Shown here piece by piece: positions 1 through 10,753 of a stretch of 64,000 bases of DNA. The stretch is taken from the NCBI GenBank assembly GCA_001599295.1, contig BCGN01000008.1, positions 1,116,001-1,180,000 of the forward strand, in the 5' to 3' direction. Both the position numbers and the translations under genes were made by a program. The DNA comes from Sporopachydermia quercuum. Lineage: Eukaryota. The notes beneath the pieces are model-generated. The model did no database searches and was not told the origin of the DNA. It was given only the letters and a program-made list of their open reading frames with translations. Numbering within the stretch: the stretch's first letter is position 1; every line of letters starts with the position of its first letter.

Positions 1-516
1 ATGCATAGATGGAGATACCCATCACTGTCATTACATGGTATTGAAGGTGCATTTTCTGGTGGTGGTGCCAAGACTGTTATTCCTGCTAAAGTCATTGGTA
101 AATTCTCTATAAGAACTATTCCTGATATTGTATCTTCTAAGCTAGATGAATATGTTTTCAAGTATATTAATGACGAATTTGCTAAGCTTGGATCAAAGAA
201 TAAGCTGACTGTTGAATTGATTCACGACGGTAACTATTGGTTAGGAGATCCTAGTAACTTCAACTTCCTTGCTGCTAGAAAAGCAACAAAGGATGTTTGG
301 GGAGTTGAACCTGATTTAACAAGAGAAGGTGGTTCCATTCCTATCACGCTTACTTTCCAGGACGAGTTGCAATGTAGTGTTTTATTGCTCCCTATGGGTA
401 GAGGAGATGATGGGGCACATTCTACTAATGAAAAGATTAACATCAGCAATTACATTCAAGGAACTAAGACATTAGGTGCTTACTTACATCATGTTGCCCA
501 TGAATTGGCTAAATAA
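1..516 (+). CDS. DUG1: Cys-Gly metallodipeptidase (M20A family, CNDP2-like), 3' portion only; the gene starts upstream of the window
   Basis: Motifs [44 protein letters not shown] and [16 protein letters not shown] are characteristic of the Dug1/CNDP2 C-terminal half. The Met at position 1 is internal. Confidence 0.93.
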   Translation: MHRWRYPSLSLHGIEGAFSGGGAKTVIPAKVIGKFSIRTIPDIVSSKLDEYVFKYINDEFAKLGSKNKLTVELIHDGNYWLGDPSNFNFLAARKATKDVWGVEPDLTREGGSIPITLTFQDELQCSVLLLPMGRGDDGAHSTNEKINISNYIQGTKTLGAYLHHVAHELAK

Positions 517-2134
517 GGATGGTCCTATCATGAATAGTTGAACATGTATAATACCATATACGAAGTAGTCTCCAATAGAAAGTTTACTATCAGAATAATG
601 TGGGGTTAAGGGATGCTTAGTTTGATTAATAAGTTTTAAAGGGAACCAATATTGATAAAACCGGTACTGGAAAAGCCCGTATGATACTAAGAAGCTGTTG
701 AACATGTACAATAGGTAATAGACAGATAGGTAGTAAAAAGCCGAACTGCGGAAAGGATTAGCCTAAATTTTGTAGAATTACCGCTAGCCACTAACGGCGT
801 AATCAATGGCTCTGATGTACTATTGATATCTCGTAGAAAGGTATAATATATGAATTGTAGTAAATTTGTTCCTCCGTGAGGGGCATAGATTAAATATTAC
901 GTGAACAGAAAAAATGTTTTGTGGAGAATTAGATGATTATGTATACCTACTATTTGACATCAGTCATATTGATATTGATACATGCATGATATATCTAATG
1001 GCTATCTTGATTGATCCCAAGTGATTTCATAATGATACCTCCAATATCCTTCAATGTCTATTTGATTGAATGTCTTATCATTGAGCCAATCATGATCCGC
1101 TTTCTATTGTTTTTCTTGACGCAGCTCACCAGTATCTCCTGCTAAATGCCTATATAGCTGTCATAAGCATTGCATGAACCATGCATAGAGTAAAACCTTA
1201 TTTTGACTAATCTCATCGTAAGCAAAATTAACAACATTGCGACAAGTTATCAGAACTCTGATATAGAAACAAATCGACAGCCGGAAATCACTCATTTTTA
1301 CCTGGTATTTATGCTTTTTAACTCTAACAAACATTTTCATCAAACTTCTTCACTTCTTTCAACATTCTCTCTCACCTGACCTGTCATTAATTTAAACCTT
1401 CCTACTTATGCACAACATCTGTATGCTGATGCATATAGCAAAACATGCCAATAACGCTTATTTCACCTGCCTAATCGAGACAGGTTATATCGCCGTTCTG
1501 TCTGCGGTCTTTTCCTTCCTCCAAACGTTCTGAGTGAATTTGCTGCTTATTTCCTTTTATGGATTGTTTTATTGATACTTGTTTCACGTTTTGAAGATGC
1601 TGTGCTTTTTATTATTGCTAAGATCATTGAGCTTGATTTGTGATTCTTAAATGTTGATTTAAAAGGTTGCGGTGATTGGTTCGTACAGGAAACTGTGTAA
1701 CTATGGGACTGTTGAATATTGCTGTGAGAATCTGTATACAATTCTCTCTATCAGATTGATAGCGGTTTGACGAGATTAGCAAGCTTGATTTGATGGTTCA
1801 ATAATTAAAAGCATTATTGCATGTTAATACTCTTAATACTCTGCCTTGTAATGTGCACAAGAAAGTTAAGTATTCAATTGTAAGATAAGGTTGGTACTTG
1901 CACTGGTATTGCTTTCTGGCTGAACATTTGATTGTATTGTTTGAACGTCCATTGATTCCCCTGTTGGTTCTGTGTTTATCGCCTGCTATTTTATCTTCCA
2001 CGGTCTATTTAACAAACACTTTTTGATTGTATTGAGAGCTGCATGTGCTGGCATTGCTTGTTCCTATCCCCATATTAGCTCATTACTCGCATTTCATTAT
2101 TCCTGCGTTTGCATCGAAGCACACAACCTACAAA

Positions 2135-3037
2135 ATGACTAGCCCTTTGCATCCTTCAAGAAAGGATATCAAATTCGAAGAATATCCATTAAAAGAAACC
2201 CATGACGATGGTGATTATGTCATAGAACGAGAAGAAATAACCCCCGTCCCTACAGAAACTTATCCATCAGAATTCATTCCTCCGCAGGGCTTAACATTCT
2301 TTTTCGATATAGATAATTGTTTATACTCACAACGTTATCAGATTCATCAACTAATGGGGAAATATATCCATCGGTATTTTGTCAAGGAACTCAAGTTAGA
2401 TGACGAGACAGCTGAAATGTTGCATCAACAATATTATAAGCAATATGGTTTAGCATTAGAAGGTCTAGTGAGATTTCATGAAGTGGATGCACTCGAATAT
2501 AATAAAGAAGTTGATGACGCTTTGCCATTAGAAGATATTTTGAAAGCAGATCCGAAATTGAGACAGCTGATATTAGGTATTGATAGAAGGAAAGTACGAA
2601 AGCTTTGGTTATTCACTAATGCTTATATAAACCATGCGAAACGGGTTGTGAAGATATTAGGTATAGATGATTTGTTTGATGGAATTACGTACTGTGACTA
2701 TTCTCAAGTTCCTATATTATGTAAACCAATGAAAGGAATGTTTGATAAAGCTTTAAAGGAAGCAGGTGTCGAAGATGTCAGCAAAGAAACATATTATATA
2801 GACGACAGTTATATGAATATAAAAGCTGCTGATTATTTAGGATGGAGAAAGACAATTCATTATGTCGATTCTGAGTTTAAAGAAGATGAGATACCAAAAA
2901 AGAAAGCTGGTACATTGATGATACGAAATGTTCTTAACTTGGTGTTAGTTGTGCCAGAGATCTTTAAGCCTGATGCTTTAGAAGTGATGTTGAAAGATCC
3001 TGAATTTACTGCTTCTTATAGAAAGAGTTTACAATGA
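2135..3037 (+). CDS. SDT1: Pyrimidine 5'-nucleotidase, HAD superfamily (Sdt1/Phm8 family)
   Basis: HAD motif FFFDIDNCLY, plus YGLALEGL, WLFTNAY, FDGITYCDY, CKP and YIDDS. The ORF track starts at a GTG (2045); the first in-frame ATG, in good context (caaaATG), is 2135. Confidence 0.88.
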   Translation: MTSPLHPSRKDIKFEEYPLKETHDDGDYVIEREEITPVPTETYPSEFIPPQGLTFFFDIDNCLYSQRYQIHQLMGKYIHRYFVKELKLDDETAEMLHQQYYKQYGLALEGLVRFHEVDALEYNKEVDDALPLEDILKADPKLRQLILGIDRRKVRKLWLFTNAYINHAKRVVKILGIDDLFDGITYCDYSQVPILCKPMKGMFDKALKEAGVEDVSKETYYIDDSYMNIKAADYLGWRKTIHYVDSEFKEDEIPKKKAGTLMIRNVLNLVLVVPEIFKPDALEVMLKDPEFTASYRKSLQ

Positions 3038-3916
3038 ATGTTTGAGGGTACTGTTAAGGTAGATAGGTAGATATATGGAATGTATGTTAGACGACTGTTC
3101 GGTATTTGACATGGGATATTCATATCTAGCATGTTTTGAGTGTGAAGGTAGTAGAAGATGGACCTGCTGCATAATCAGCATCAGATGCTCAAATTTAATG
3201 GCCATCTGTTTGACTGGTAAGAAGATTCAACTCATTGAATAGAAGAAAATACTATGGCAGTCAAATAAGTTGCTTACAATGAGCAAAATAATCATTGAGG
3301 CATTGTTGGCTGCCAGACTTCTTAAATGTGATATATCACTTAGATATGATTTGATTAGATATCATATGATCAACAATTCAGCAGCTTTTCTTTCTGATCT
3401 TTGGATATATTGAGTTTATTAAATAGCAATGTGTTTTATCGGACGATAATCGTGTTGATTTGTGAGAAGACCCATTGCACAAACTGTCATGTAGATATTT
3501 TATGATGCTATAATAGCCAAATACTGTTGTAACCAACCGGAATATGACAAGTAGGATTGGTTGGATTATTAGAGGAAGCCCGAGTTCTATTTCAGTTTCA
3601 GTATATATCAAAAATAACATATTCAAAGAAAGGCTACCAACGACATCAAGAATGAAGAATGAAACAACTGAGAATTGAAGTAGTATGATTTGGTTTGAAT
3701 GCATGTCTATTCAGTTTGGACTTGGCTGTAAGGCCATGCTACTTTTAATATCATCTGCATTATACTTTGTGCATGCATCGTTTGTACATAAATCTACCAT
3801 TTAAGCAATCAAGTTTCATCGAAGCATTCATTAAAGTCTGTATTATATATTGCATCAACTACAGTAACTATGATGTGTAAAAAACCCATATCAAGTAGAT
3901 ACTCTGTTGATAATCA

Positions 3917-6900
3917 TTATGCAGTTAGTACAGGTGAATCGGTGATCACCAATGACTCCAAGTACTCCTTATTCAGGTCTCTTGCTCGTAATTCAAGTAT
4001 ATTCCTGATCTTTGCTTCATTCCACGTTATAAATTTCTTAGTAATCATTATATATGGATCGTCAAAAGCCTCATACTGGAAATTATCCTGTGAAATATCA
4101 ATAAGCAACTGATGAATCTTCCTCAAAGCTTCAATGCAATGGGCATCGACTTGATGGATCAAATTATAATCAGAACCAAGATTCACTGAAGGCGATATCG
4201 ATTGACTCAATAGTCTCGATGTTGAATTTGATATTTTTGCCGGAGATAACAGTTTGCTCTTCAGATCTACGGGAGACATATGAATAACACCTTTTTCACC
4301 TTTGGAACGTAGAACCAATGGTTCAGAAACAACTTCTTGGACGGTCAAGCTCATTAGAAGAAATCTGTATGCTAATTGCTTATAGTCCGTTTCTTTAGTG
4401 AAGGGGGTCTTTGATAGTTGTTCTAAGGTTTTTAGTAGGAAAGGATAACAAGCCGCGAAGACTTTTTGCCTAGAAGAAGACGTAGAAGTAAGTTTAATGC
4501 TAGGATTTATTGGAGTTTTAGGTATTCTAGCTGCGGGATTTGTTGTGGGAGTTGTGGATCCAGTGGTTGTAAAAAAAACAGTGTTTGAGGTGTTGATTTC
4601 TTCAATACCTTCACCTTCAAGAGAAGAATTTGTAGTACCAATACCAGAATTATGAACAATAGGTTCAATGGCGGTTACGTTATTTGTTGTTCCTATTGTT
4701 GTAATTTGATCAGCAATAGATACCTTCTCAGTATTAGAAGCGCCATTTCTTTCTTGGCTCTTGCTATCGTTATGACTATGATTTCTATAATTACCATTGT
4801 GAATATCCTTGTGATTCGATATATAATGATCATTTTCTCCGAGGTCTATAGTACTCTTATCATGCCTTGGAACTCGAACAGGCGTAGTAGGTCTAGAATT
4901 AATGATATTCCCGCCTTCATCATTGCTACTATCGCCATTATAGTTACTAGCGTATTGAGAATTAGTAACTGTCTTCTTGATAGTAATATTATCTTTTGTT
5001 GGACTTAAAACGTCTTTTCCACTTTCACCGTCATTATTATCACGTCCTGCACTCCTTCCATTGCATATATCTTGTAAACCTTCAGCAGTCTCGTTAAGCA
5101 TCCTTTCGTTCGACTCATCAAATCCAACAACTGTCAATATACTTATCACACCTCTCAATACTAACAACTCACTACGCATAACAACAGGAATTCTTTCTAC
5201 TATCATATAAATTTCCATCAAATCTCTGGTACATTGAAACAGAATCAAAGCCGCAACAATAATAGGGTGGAAGCCATTGCCTCCGTCGTATCCTTTCTTG
5301 AAAGCATAATCAGCTACTATACAGAACAGTTGAGATATTTCCTCGTGACAATTTTCTTTTCTAGTGTTGTAATCAAGTAGCGTGTAGAATAACAGTTTAC
5401 ATAGATATCTGAATAAATCTACATTGAATAGTTCTTGCTTATTAGTCACCAAATCGTAGAAGCAACATATTTGTTTTAGACGAAGTCTAGTTGGTAATAA
5501 TGAAGCCTTGTTGTCTATTGATAGCAAAGCATCAATTGAGCTGGTATCACTTTCAGCTTTTTCCACAGCTGCGTAGTTATTACCAGTGATAGTAATGAAA
5601 AATTGTTTAACGTCGCTGATGACTCTGGAGACTGGTAAATCTTTCAGGCGTAGTTTTAGCAATTTGGCATAAGCATCAAGTAACTGTCGATCCTGGGTGA
5701 ACGGAAGCCTTTGGTATACTAGCATTAGGCCTTCAAATGATACTTGATTAGCCCATATTATAAAAAGCTCATCAGTTAAACTTGAGAGAACCTTTGTCTG
5801 GATTCTGTTGTCTTTTGTTAAAATCAAATCAGCATTTCTACCATTGGAGGTACATTTGTTATTGGCCTCATTGAAAGAGCTATTGATATTCTTCAAAAAC
5901 TCCTTTGATACTGAATTAAACGCATTAGAAGCATTAATTGTTTCTTTGAAGAAGAAAAAATGAAGAAAAGATTCTAATCCTGATGTTTTCACCCTCTCAA
6001 ACAAAGACTTAATATACACATCATCATCCCTTATAGAAGGATGCAATTGGGATTTCAGTTCTTCTTTCAGTTTGAATTCGTCTTCCGCTATTTTCAATTG
6101 GGCTTCTCTTATTGAGTCGACTTTCTGTTCTGATTTTTTCACTTTCAGCAGCTTTGAATAGAATTCGTTATCTTTCTGTCGTCTATCTGCTGTGAGATAT
6201 AACTTGACTACTGATTTGGTAGGAGTGGGTGTTCGCGATTTAAGCAGTAACTCTGTCTTCGATGAATTTAAGGGAATAGCAGGTGTTCTGGTTGATATTC
6301 TAGGTGCGTTTATATAGTAATCCTCATCATTTGCTGTTGTTGATGACGACACTGATGCTGCTGTTGATGATGATGATGATGGCGCGAGATCCGCGTTTTT
6401 CTTGAGCGTCTTCTTTTTGGATACTCTACCAAACAGTTCATCTACTTCACTGATGTTCAAATCAGAGTCTGAGTCTGAGCCTGGGCCTGGGCCTGAAGCT
6501 GAATCTGAATCTGAATCTGAATCTAAATCCGAATTTATGTCTTGGCTGATAGCAGTTCGAAGATCCGAATCTCCTATTGAATTGAAACACGGTAGAACTG
6601 TCGATTTTTCTTCAGTAGCTGATGTAGACCTTTCATTGATGTGTAGTTCTCTTTCCTTTAATAGCGATTCAGTGGTTTCACTATACAACTCAAAGGATTG
6701 GATAGAATCTTCCTCGAAATCGGAAGAGAGAATCTCCTCTATAGCTGAACCAGGACTTGACGATAGAACAATTGTTTCTTGACATCTACTGCTGTCTTTA
6801 GATTGGCTTTTCGTTGTTGTTGATATCCTGGCGTATGTGTTAGAGGCATTAGTGGTTTCGCTGGACATATGAGACTTAGAATCAAAGTATTCGACATCGC

Positions 6901-7030
6901 TATCATCTGATGTTAAAATTTCAACGGTATCATTAATATTTAAACCGTTTGCCGAAGAGAATGCATTATTTGAGAAGCTCCTGCTGAAATTTGATTCTGT
7001 TCTGTCATGATGCATTATAGGTGTTTTCAT
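3917..7030 (-). CDS. Uncharacterised 1037-aa protein: acidic/Ser-rich N-terminus with SIM-like motifs, helical central domain, N/T/S-rich insert; tentatively Nse6/Kre29 (SLF2/CANIN)-like
   Basis: A 3.1 kb ATG-initiated ORF in AT-rich DNA is very unlikely by chance. The family guess rests on architecture only. Confidence 0.8.
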   Translation of the reverse strand: MKTPIMHHDRTESNFSRSFSNNAFSSANGLNINDTVEILTSDDSDVEYFDSKSHMSSETTNASNTYARISTTTKSQSKDSSRCQETIVLSSSPGSAIEEILSSDFEEDSIQSFELYSETTESLLKERELHINERSTSATEEKSTVLPCFNSIGDSDLRTAISQDINSDLDSDSDSDSASGPGPGSDSDSDLNISEVDELFGRVSKKKTLKKNADLAPSSSSSTAASVSSSTTANDEDYYINAPRISTRTPAIPLNSSKTELLLKSRTPTPTKSVVKLYLTADRRQKDNEFYSKLLKVKKSEQKVDSIREAQLKIAEDEFKLKEELKSQLHPSIRDDDVYIKSLFERVKTSGLESFLHFFFFKETINASNAFNSVSKEFLKNINSSFNEANNKCTSNGRNADLILTKDNRIQTKVLSSLTDELFIIWANQVSFEGLMLVYQRLPFTQDRQLLDAYAKLLKLRLKDLPVSRVISDVKQFFITITGNNYAAVEKAESDTSSIDALLSIDNKASLLPTRLRLKQICCFYDLVTNKQELFNVDLFRYLCKLLFYTLLDYNTRKENCHEEISQLFCIVADYAFKKGYDGGNGFHPIIVAALILFQCTRDLMEIYMIVERIPVVMRSELLVLRGVISILTVVGFDESNERMLNETAEGLQDICNGRSAGRDNNDGESGKDVLSPTKDNITIKKTVTNSQYASNYNGDSSNDEGGNIINSRPTTPVRVPRHDKSTIDLGENDHYISNHKDIHNGNYRNHSHNDSKSQERNGASNTEKVSIADQITTIGTTNNVTAIEPIVHNSGIGTTNSSLEGEGIEEINTSNTVFFTTTGSTTPTTNPAARIPKTPINPSIKLTSTSSSRQKVFAACYPFLLKTLEQLSKTPFTKETDYKQLAYRFLLMSLTVQEVVSEPLVLRSKGEKGVIHMSPVDLKSKLLSPAKISNSTSRLLSQSISPSVNLGSDYNLIHQVDAHCIEALRKIHQLLIDISQDNFQYEAFDDPYIMITKKFITWNEAKIRNILELRARDLNKEYLESLVITDSPVLTA
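6464..6530. repeat. Coding hexanucleotide microsatellites (GAGTCT, GGGCCT, GAATCT units) encoding Asp-Ser and Gly-Pro repeats
   Basis: gagtctgagtctgag, cctgggcctgggcct and gaatctgaatctgaatctgaatct are read directly from the sequence. Confidence 0.85.
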
Positions 7031-8206
7031 ATGAGTTCTCGATCTGCCATACTGTCGATTGAGGGTCTGACCGAACGTTTATATAGTTGGCAGGAGTTGC
7101 GGAGCCTGGAGAAAATACTATTAACGCGATGGAGTGCGCAAGTGAAAATTTGAGACGTGTTGATGGTAGAAGTGGACCGTTTGCATGATTGTAAATGTAG
7201 TACAGTTTCGCCATATATTGGAAGATAAGAAGTGAAGAGTGAGGAAATAAGAGTAACTTGAGTGATTAACGTTTGCTTTTATATGCAATATTCACATATA
7301 TATGCATAAAAGTCGTGAACTATAATTTGGAGCGTGAAGAGAGATAAACCTGATTCTTGCTACTTTCTATATATCCGGCCGAGATGACCTGTATCGGCCG
7401 ATCCTCATATAAGAAAAAGGGGAAAAAAGACTGAGGTGTCAAATTCTATTGCAGCTGTTTGAGGTTTCGTTGGCAACACCTGGCGAGCATTATGCTAGTA
7501 GGAGAATAGGTCAGCGAAGGAATACTTTACCCCGTATTCAAATATTATTGTCAAGAGTAAAATCATAAAAAAGCGAGGGCGCTTGTATGGCCTAAAACAT
7601 AATGTCACATAATTATGCACAAGAATGCATAAATACTTAGAACACTATTCAATGGCTTCCAGAAGAGATCTATACCCATGCCAGCATTTTTCCAGAGAAC
7701 TTGATACCAAAAACTAGAATCCAATCTGTTTTAATGCTACTTTCCTATCAACTCTCAAAATCAAATTCCGTGGGCAGTACACAATATATCGTCTTCTTTA
7801 CTTTCTCTTTGCCCTTTTCCCTTTTGACGTCCGGTTATGCACTAATTAACCCGGTTCTCCAAATTGGGCAAACCCGATAAACTCAATTTCGCGTAAGGCT
7901 TGAAAGGTGATGAGTTATGTATGAGTAAATATTATGTAGAGTATGTGCTATTTACTGTCGTATATAGCAAGTTGGATATCCTAATGAGAATAATGCTATT
8001 GAGTATGAGAAATAAATGGGCACTGGAAGGTCTTTATTGAAAAGATTTGATGAGGAAGATATATATGATTGGTTGTCGTTTGGATAGTTTATTTAGCTCA
8101 TTTAGTTCACTGCTGTTGAGTCTTATACTGTAGAGAGATTGCTTGTGGACCAGTGTTGGAGCTACGTGTTGGAACATTATTATTGAGCTATTCTAAAAAA
8201 TAGAAG

Positions 8207-9286
8207 ATGAGTAAACCACAAGTTTTATTGATAGGAACAGGAGGTGTTGGTGTGATTGCAGCCCTTGGAATCGAAACAGGGGAAAAAGCAGAAGTCACCG
8301 CTGTTGTAAGAACACATTATGATCTTATTGTTAAAGAAGGGTATACTATTGAATCCTGCGATTATGGCGTTATCAAAAGCTGGAGACCGACAAATGGTAA
8401 GTACAATCGTTTCCTCTGTTGAATAGCCTTATCAGGACCTAATGGACCTTTCCTAACGTACCTTCTAGTTGCTTCATCTATTGATTCAGCAGTTGAACTA
8501 GTCAAGAAACCATTCGACTACATTATTGTTGCAACTAAATCATTACCTGATATAACTAAAACCGAAGAGTTGGTTGCACCTGCTGTAACAGAAGGTCATA
8601 CGACAATTGTGTTGTTTCAAAATGGTATTGATAATGAAAAGGCTTTAGTGGAAAAGTTTCCTAATAATATTGTCTTGTCAGGAGTATCGATGATTGGTTC
8701 GCACAACTTTGGTGGAAAGATTGAACAACATGAGCCTGATTCAATTATAATTGGACCTTACGATAATGATGCAATTCCTTTTGAAAAAAGGGAAGCCGCA
8801 GGCAAAGCATTCGTGGAGATTTACTCTAGTGGTAAAAATTCTGTGAAGTACGATGCTGATGTTAAAACTACAAGGTGGAGAAAGCTCGTGTATAATTCTT
8901 GTCTTAATACTATATGTGCGTTGGTTCAATTAGATGTTGGAAGGGTGGAACTTGGTGGCGGTCTAGAAACGCTAGTAAGGCCTGCGATGAACGAGATCGT
9001 AGCTATAGCAAATGCTGCGGGTGCTAGTCTGCAGGACGATATTGCTGACTTCATGATCCATAGTGACGACGGAATATACTATGCTCCTTCCATGTTAATT
9101 GATGTTCAAAAAGGAAATCCAATTGAATTAGAAGTTATCTTGGGTAATCCTCTACGAGAAGCTAAAGAGTTGGGTGTTCCTACCCCAGTCCTTTCAATAG
9201 TATATGATCTATTGAAATTAGTTCAATTCAGATTGAAGGAAGCTGCGGGTTACATTGAAGTTCCAAAGGAAAGACCTGTCAATTAA
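8207..9286 (+). CDS. 2-dehydropantoate 2-reductase family protein (ApbA/PanE-like); join(8207..8396,8469..9286), 335 aa
   Basis: Rossmann motif LLIGTGGVG; FDYIIVATK, LFQNGI, RWRKLVYN, PSMLIDV and ELEVILGNP. Splicing 8397..8468 fuses the two track ORFs in frame (...WRPTN-V-ASSIDSAVELVKKPFDY...). Confidence 0.92.
8397..8468 (+). other. Spliceosomal intron, 72 nt, phase 1
   Basis: Donor GTAAGT at 8397, branch TCCTAAC at 8451-8457, acceptor ttcTAG ending 8468; removal restores the reading frame. Confidence 0.9.
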
Positions 9287-9454
9287 ATAGATAATTCAAT
9301 AGTTATTAATTTTCAAATTCTTTAGTTAATATCAATAGCAATTAGTCTGACTAGTGGTACGTAGTGGTGTAATTAGTAGCTGGGATGAATAATCGATTGT
9401 AAAATTGAAAACAGATATGAATGATGTTCAAAGAAAGAAAGAAGAAAAACGAGG

Positions 9455-9461
9455 AAAAAAA
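9455..9461 (-). terminator. RNA polymerase III terminator (T7 run) of the tRNA-Ile gene
   Basis: A7 on the + strand is T7 on the - strand, about 9 nt downstream of the tRNA 3' end. Confidence 0.75.
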
Positions 9462-9469
9462 TTACTATA

Positions 9470-9543
9470 TGGTCTCTAGCGGGATCGAACCGCTGATCCC
9501 CGCGTTATTAGCACGGTGCCTTAACCAACTGGGCCAAGAGACC
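9470..9543 (-). tRNA. tRNA-Ile, anticodon AAT, intronless
   Basis: Reverse complement GGTCTCTTGGCCCAGTTGGTTAAGGCACCGTGCTAATAACGCGGGGATCAGCGGTTCGATCCCGCTAGAGACCA folds into a cloverleaf: acceptor stem GGTCTCT/AGAGACC, A box TGGCCCAGTTGG, anticodon loop CTAATAA, B box GGTTCGATCCC. Confidence 0.98.
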
Positions 9544-10060
9544 TCTTCGAAGCCTGAAATAGGTCATAGTACATAAGATTGTTAATGCGTAAGAATATCC
9601 TTTTGTGCTATTTCATGATTAATCCGTTTGGTGCAATAAATTCATGAATATTTTCTTTTTATAATAGAAGAAGTTATTTACTGCATAATAAAAAATGACT
9701 TGCATCCTATTGTTTGGGCTAGTAGGTATTGTCTTAAGAAATAACCTTCAAGTCTAGAGCAATTTTGGTTATTTTTCAATTGGATATGTATGCATTAGAT
9801 TCTATGTGTTAAGGATTAAATTGAAAGAATCATTTGCTTTCATTATGAAAGATATTTATTTTTATATGAATAAAAAAATTAGAAAAAAAAATACATTTAG
9901 TCTTGAAAATATGAGGATAATCAAAGAAGTGCCAAGTAGATTTGTTCAGCATAGTTATATAGTAGGGTGGGCGTTCATAATGAGCCGTTTCTCTGTCAAA
10001 TGTAGCCTTATTTGTCAACACTTTTGTATATACATAGTTAGCTGTTTATAAACTTTTCTT

Positions 10061-10753
10061 TCAATTCCTCGAAGCCTGAAGATAAGATGTTATTTGGCCC
10101 GTTGCTAAGGGAATCAAAACCTCTTTTGTTCTTAAGTAAAACTCATGATATGTTGCATTAGGTTTTGTATTTGAAAGAAACTCCTCAGAAATTAGTGATC
10201 TCAGCATTGTTTCACTATCATTTAAACCAAAAAGAAACAGTTCTACAATCCATTTCAAATCTTTCTGTTGATCGAAAACTGTCCCTTGAATTGTCCTATA
10301 ACCTGTATTGAACTCATTGAGGTATTCTGTTAAACTGGTTTGCTTTTGTTGAATTTTACCTGATTCCAATCTTTTAGCAACATCACTATAACGAGATAAA
10401 ACTCTTGCATCAGCTTTAACCAGTTTTTTAACTATTCCTGGTACTAAATCCTCAAGTGTTGGCTCTTTTGATTCCAATTTTTTACTATGAATTATTTTAT
10501 CAAGAACACTGTATACCTCATCAAATATTGTAGGTGTTTTGGTGACTGGTTGCAAACCCTTGAGCATTTGAATAAACCACAATGTAAAACCTAACAGATC
10601 ATTGCAGTATCTACTTTTAACGGTATTTCTCCATTCTGTAATATAATACTGAACCGTTTCTTCTGACGTTTTATAAAATGGTCGTATAGCGGTGTATGGA
10701 GCTACAATTTTGCCCAATGGCCATTCTGCTTGTGGACAAGGGTAGATCCGCAT
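10061..10753 (-). CDS. Stand-alone retrotransposon Gag (Ty3/gypsy capsid-like) protein, ~230 aa
   Basis: PFYKTSEETVQYYITEW resembles the capsid N-lobe PxFxGxxxEDVxxW/F pattern. IQQKQTSLTEYLNEF resembles the major-homology-region QxxxxSVxEYxxEF pattern, and ELFLFGLN the FxxGL motif. First in-frame ATG is 10753 (the track starts at GTG 10783). Confidence 0.62.
   Translation of the reverse strand: MRIYPCPQAEWPLGKIVAPYTAIRPFYKTSEETVQYYITEWRNTVKSRYCNDLLGFTLWFIQMLKGLQPVTKTPTIFDEVYSVLDKIIHSKKLESKEPTLEDLVPGIVKKLVKADARVLSRYSDVAKRLESGKIQQKQTSLTEYLNEFNTGYRTIQGTVFDQQKDLKWIVELFLFGLNDSETMLRSLISEEFLSNTKPNATYHEFYLRTKEVLIPLATGQITSYLQASRN

Noticed and set aside
537..713. 17-bp near-direct repeat gttgaacatgtaYaata, 160 bp apart, after DUG1
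   Set aside because: Only two copies, AT-rich, in a 3' UTR/terminator zone; not CRISPR- or LTR-like.
9580..10020. Possible solo LTR (TGTTAA...TCAACA) between the tRNA and the gag-like ORF
   Set aside because: Terminal inverted repeats are imperfect, the flanks (aagat/ctttt) are not a target-site duplication, and I saw no second copy in the window.
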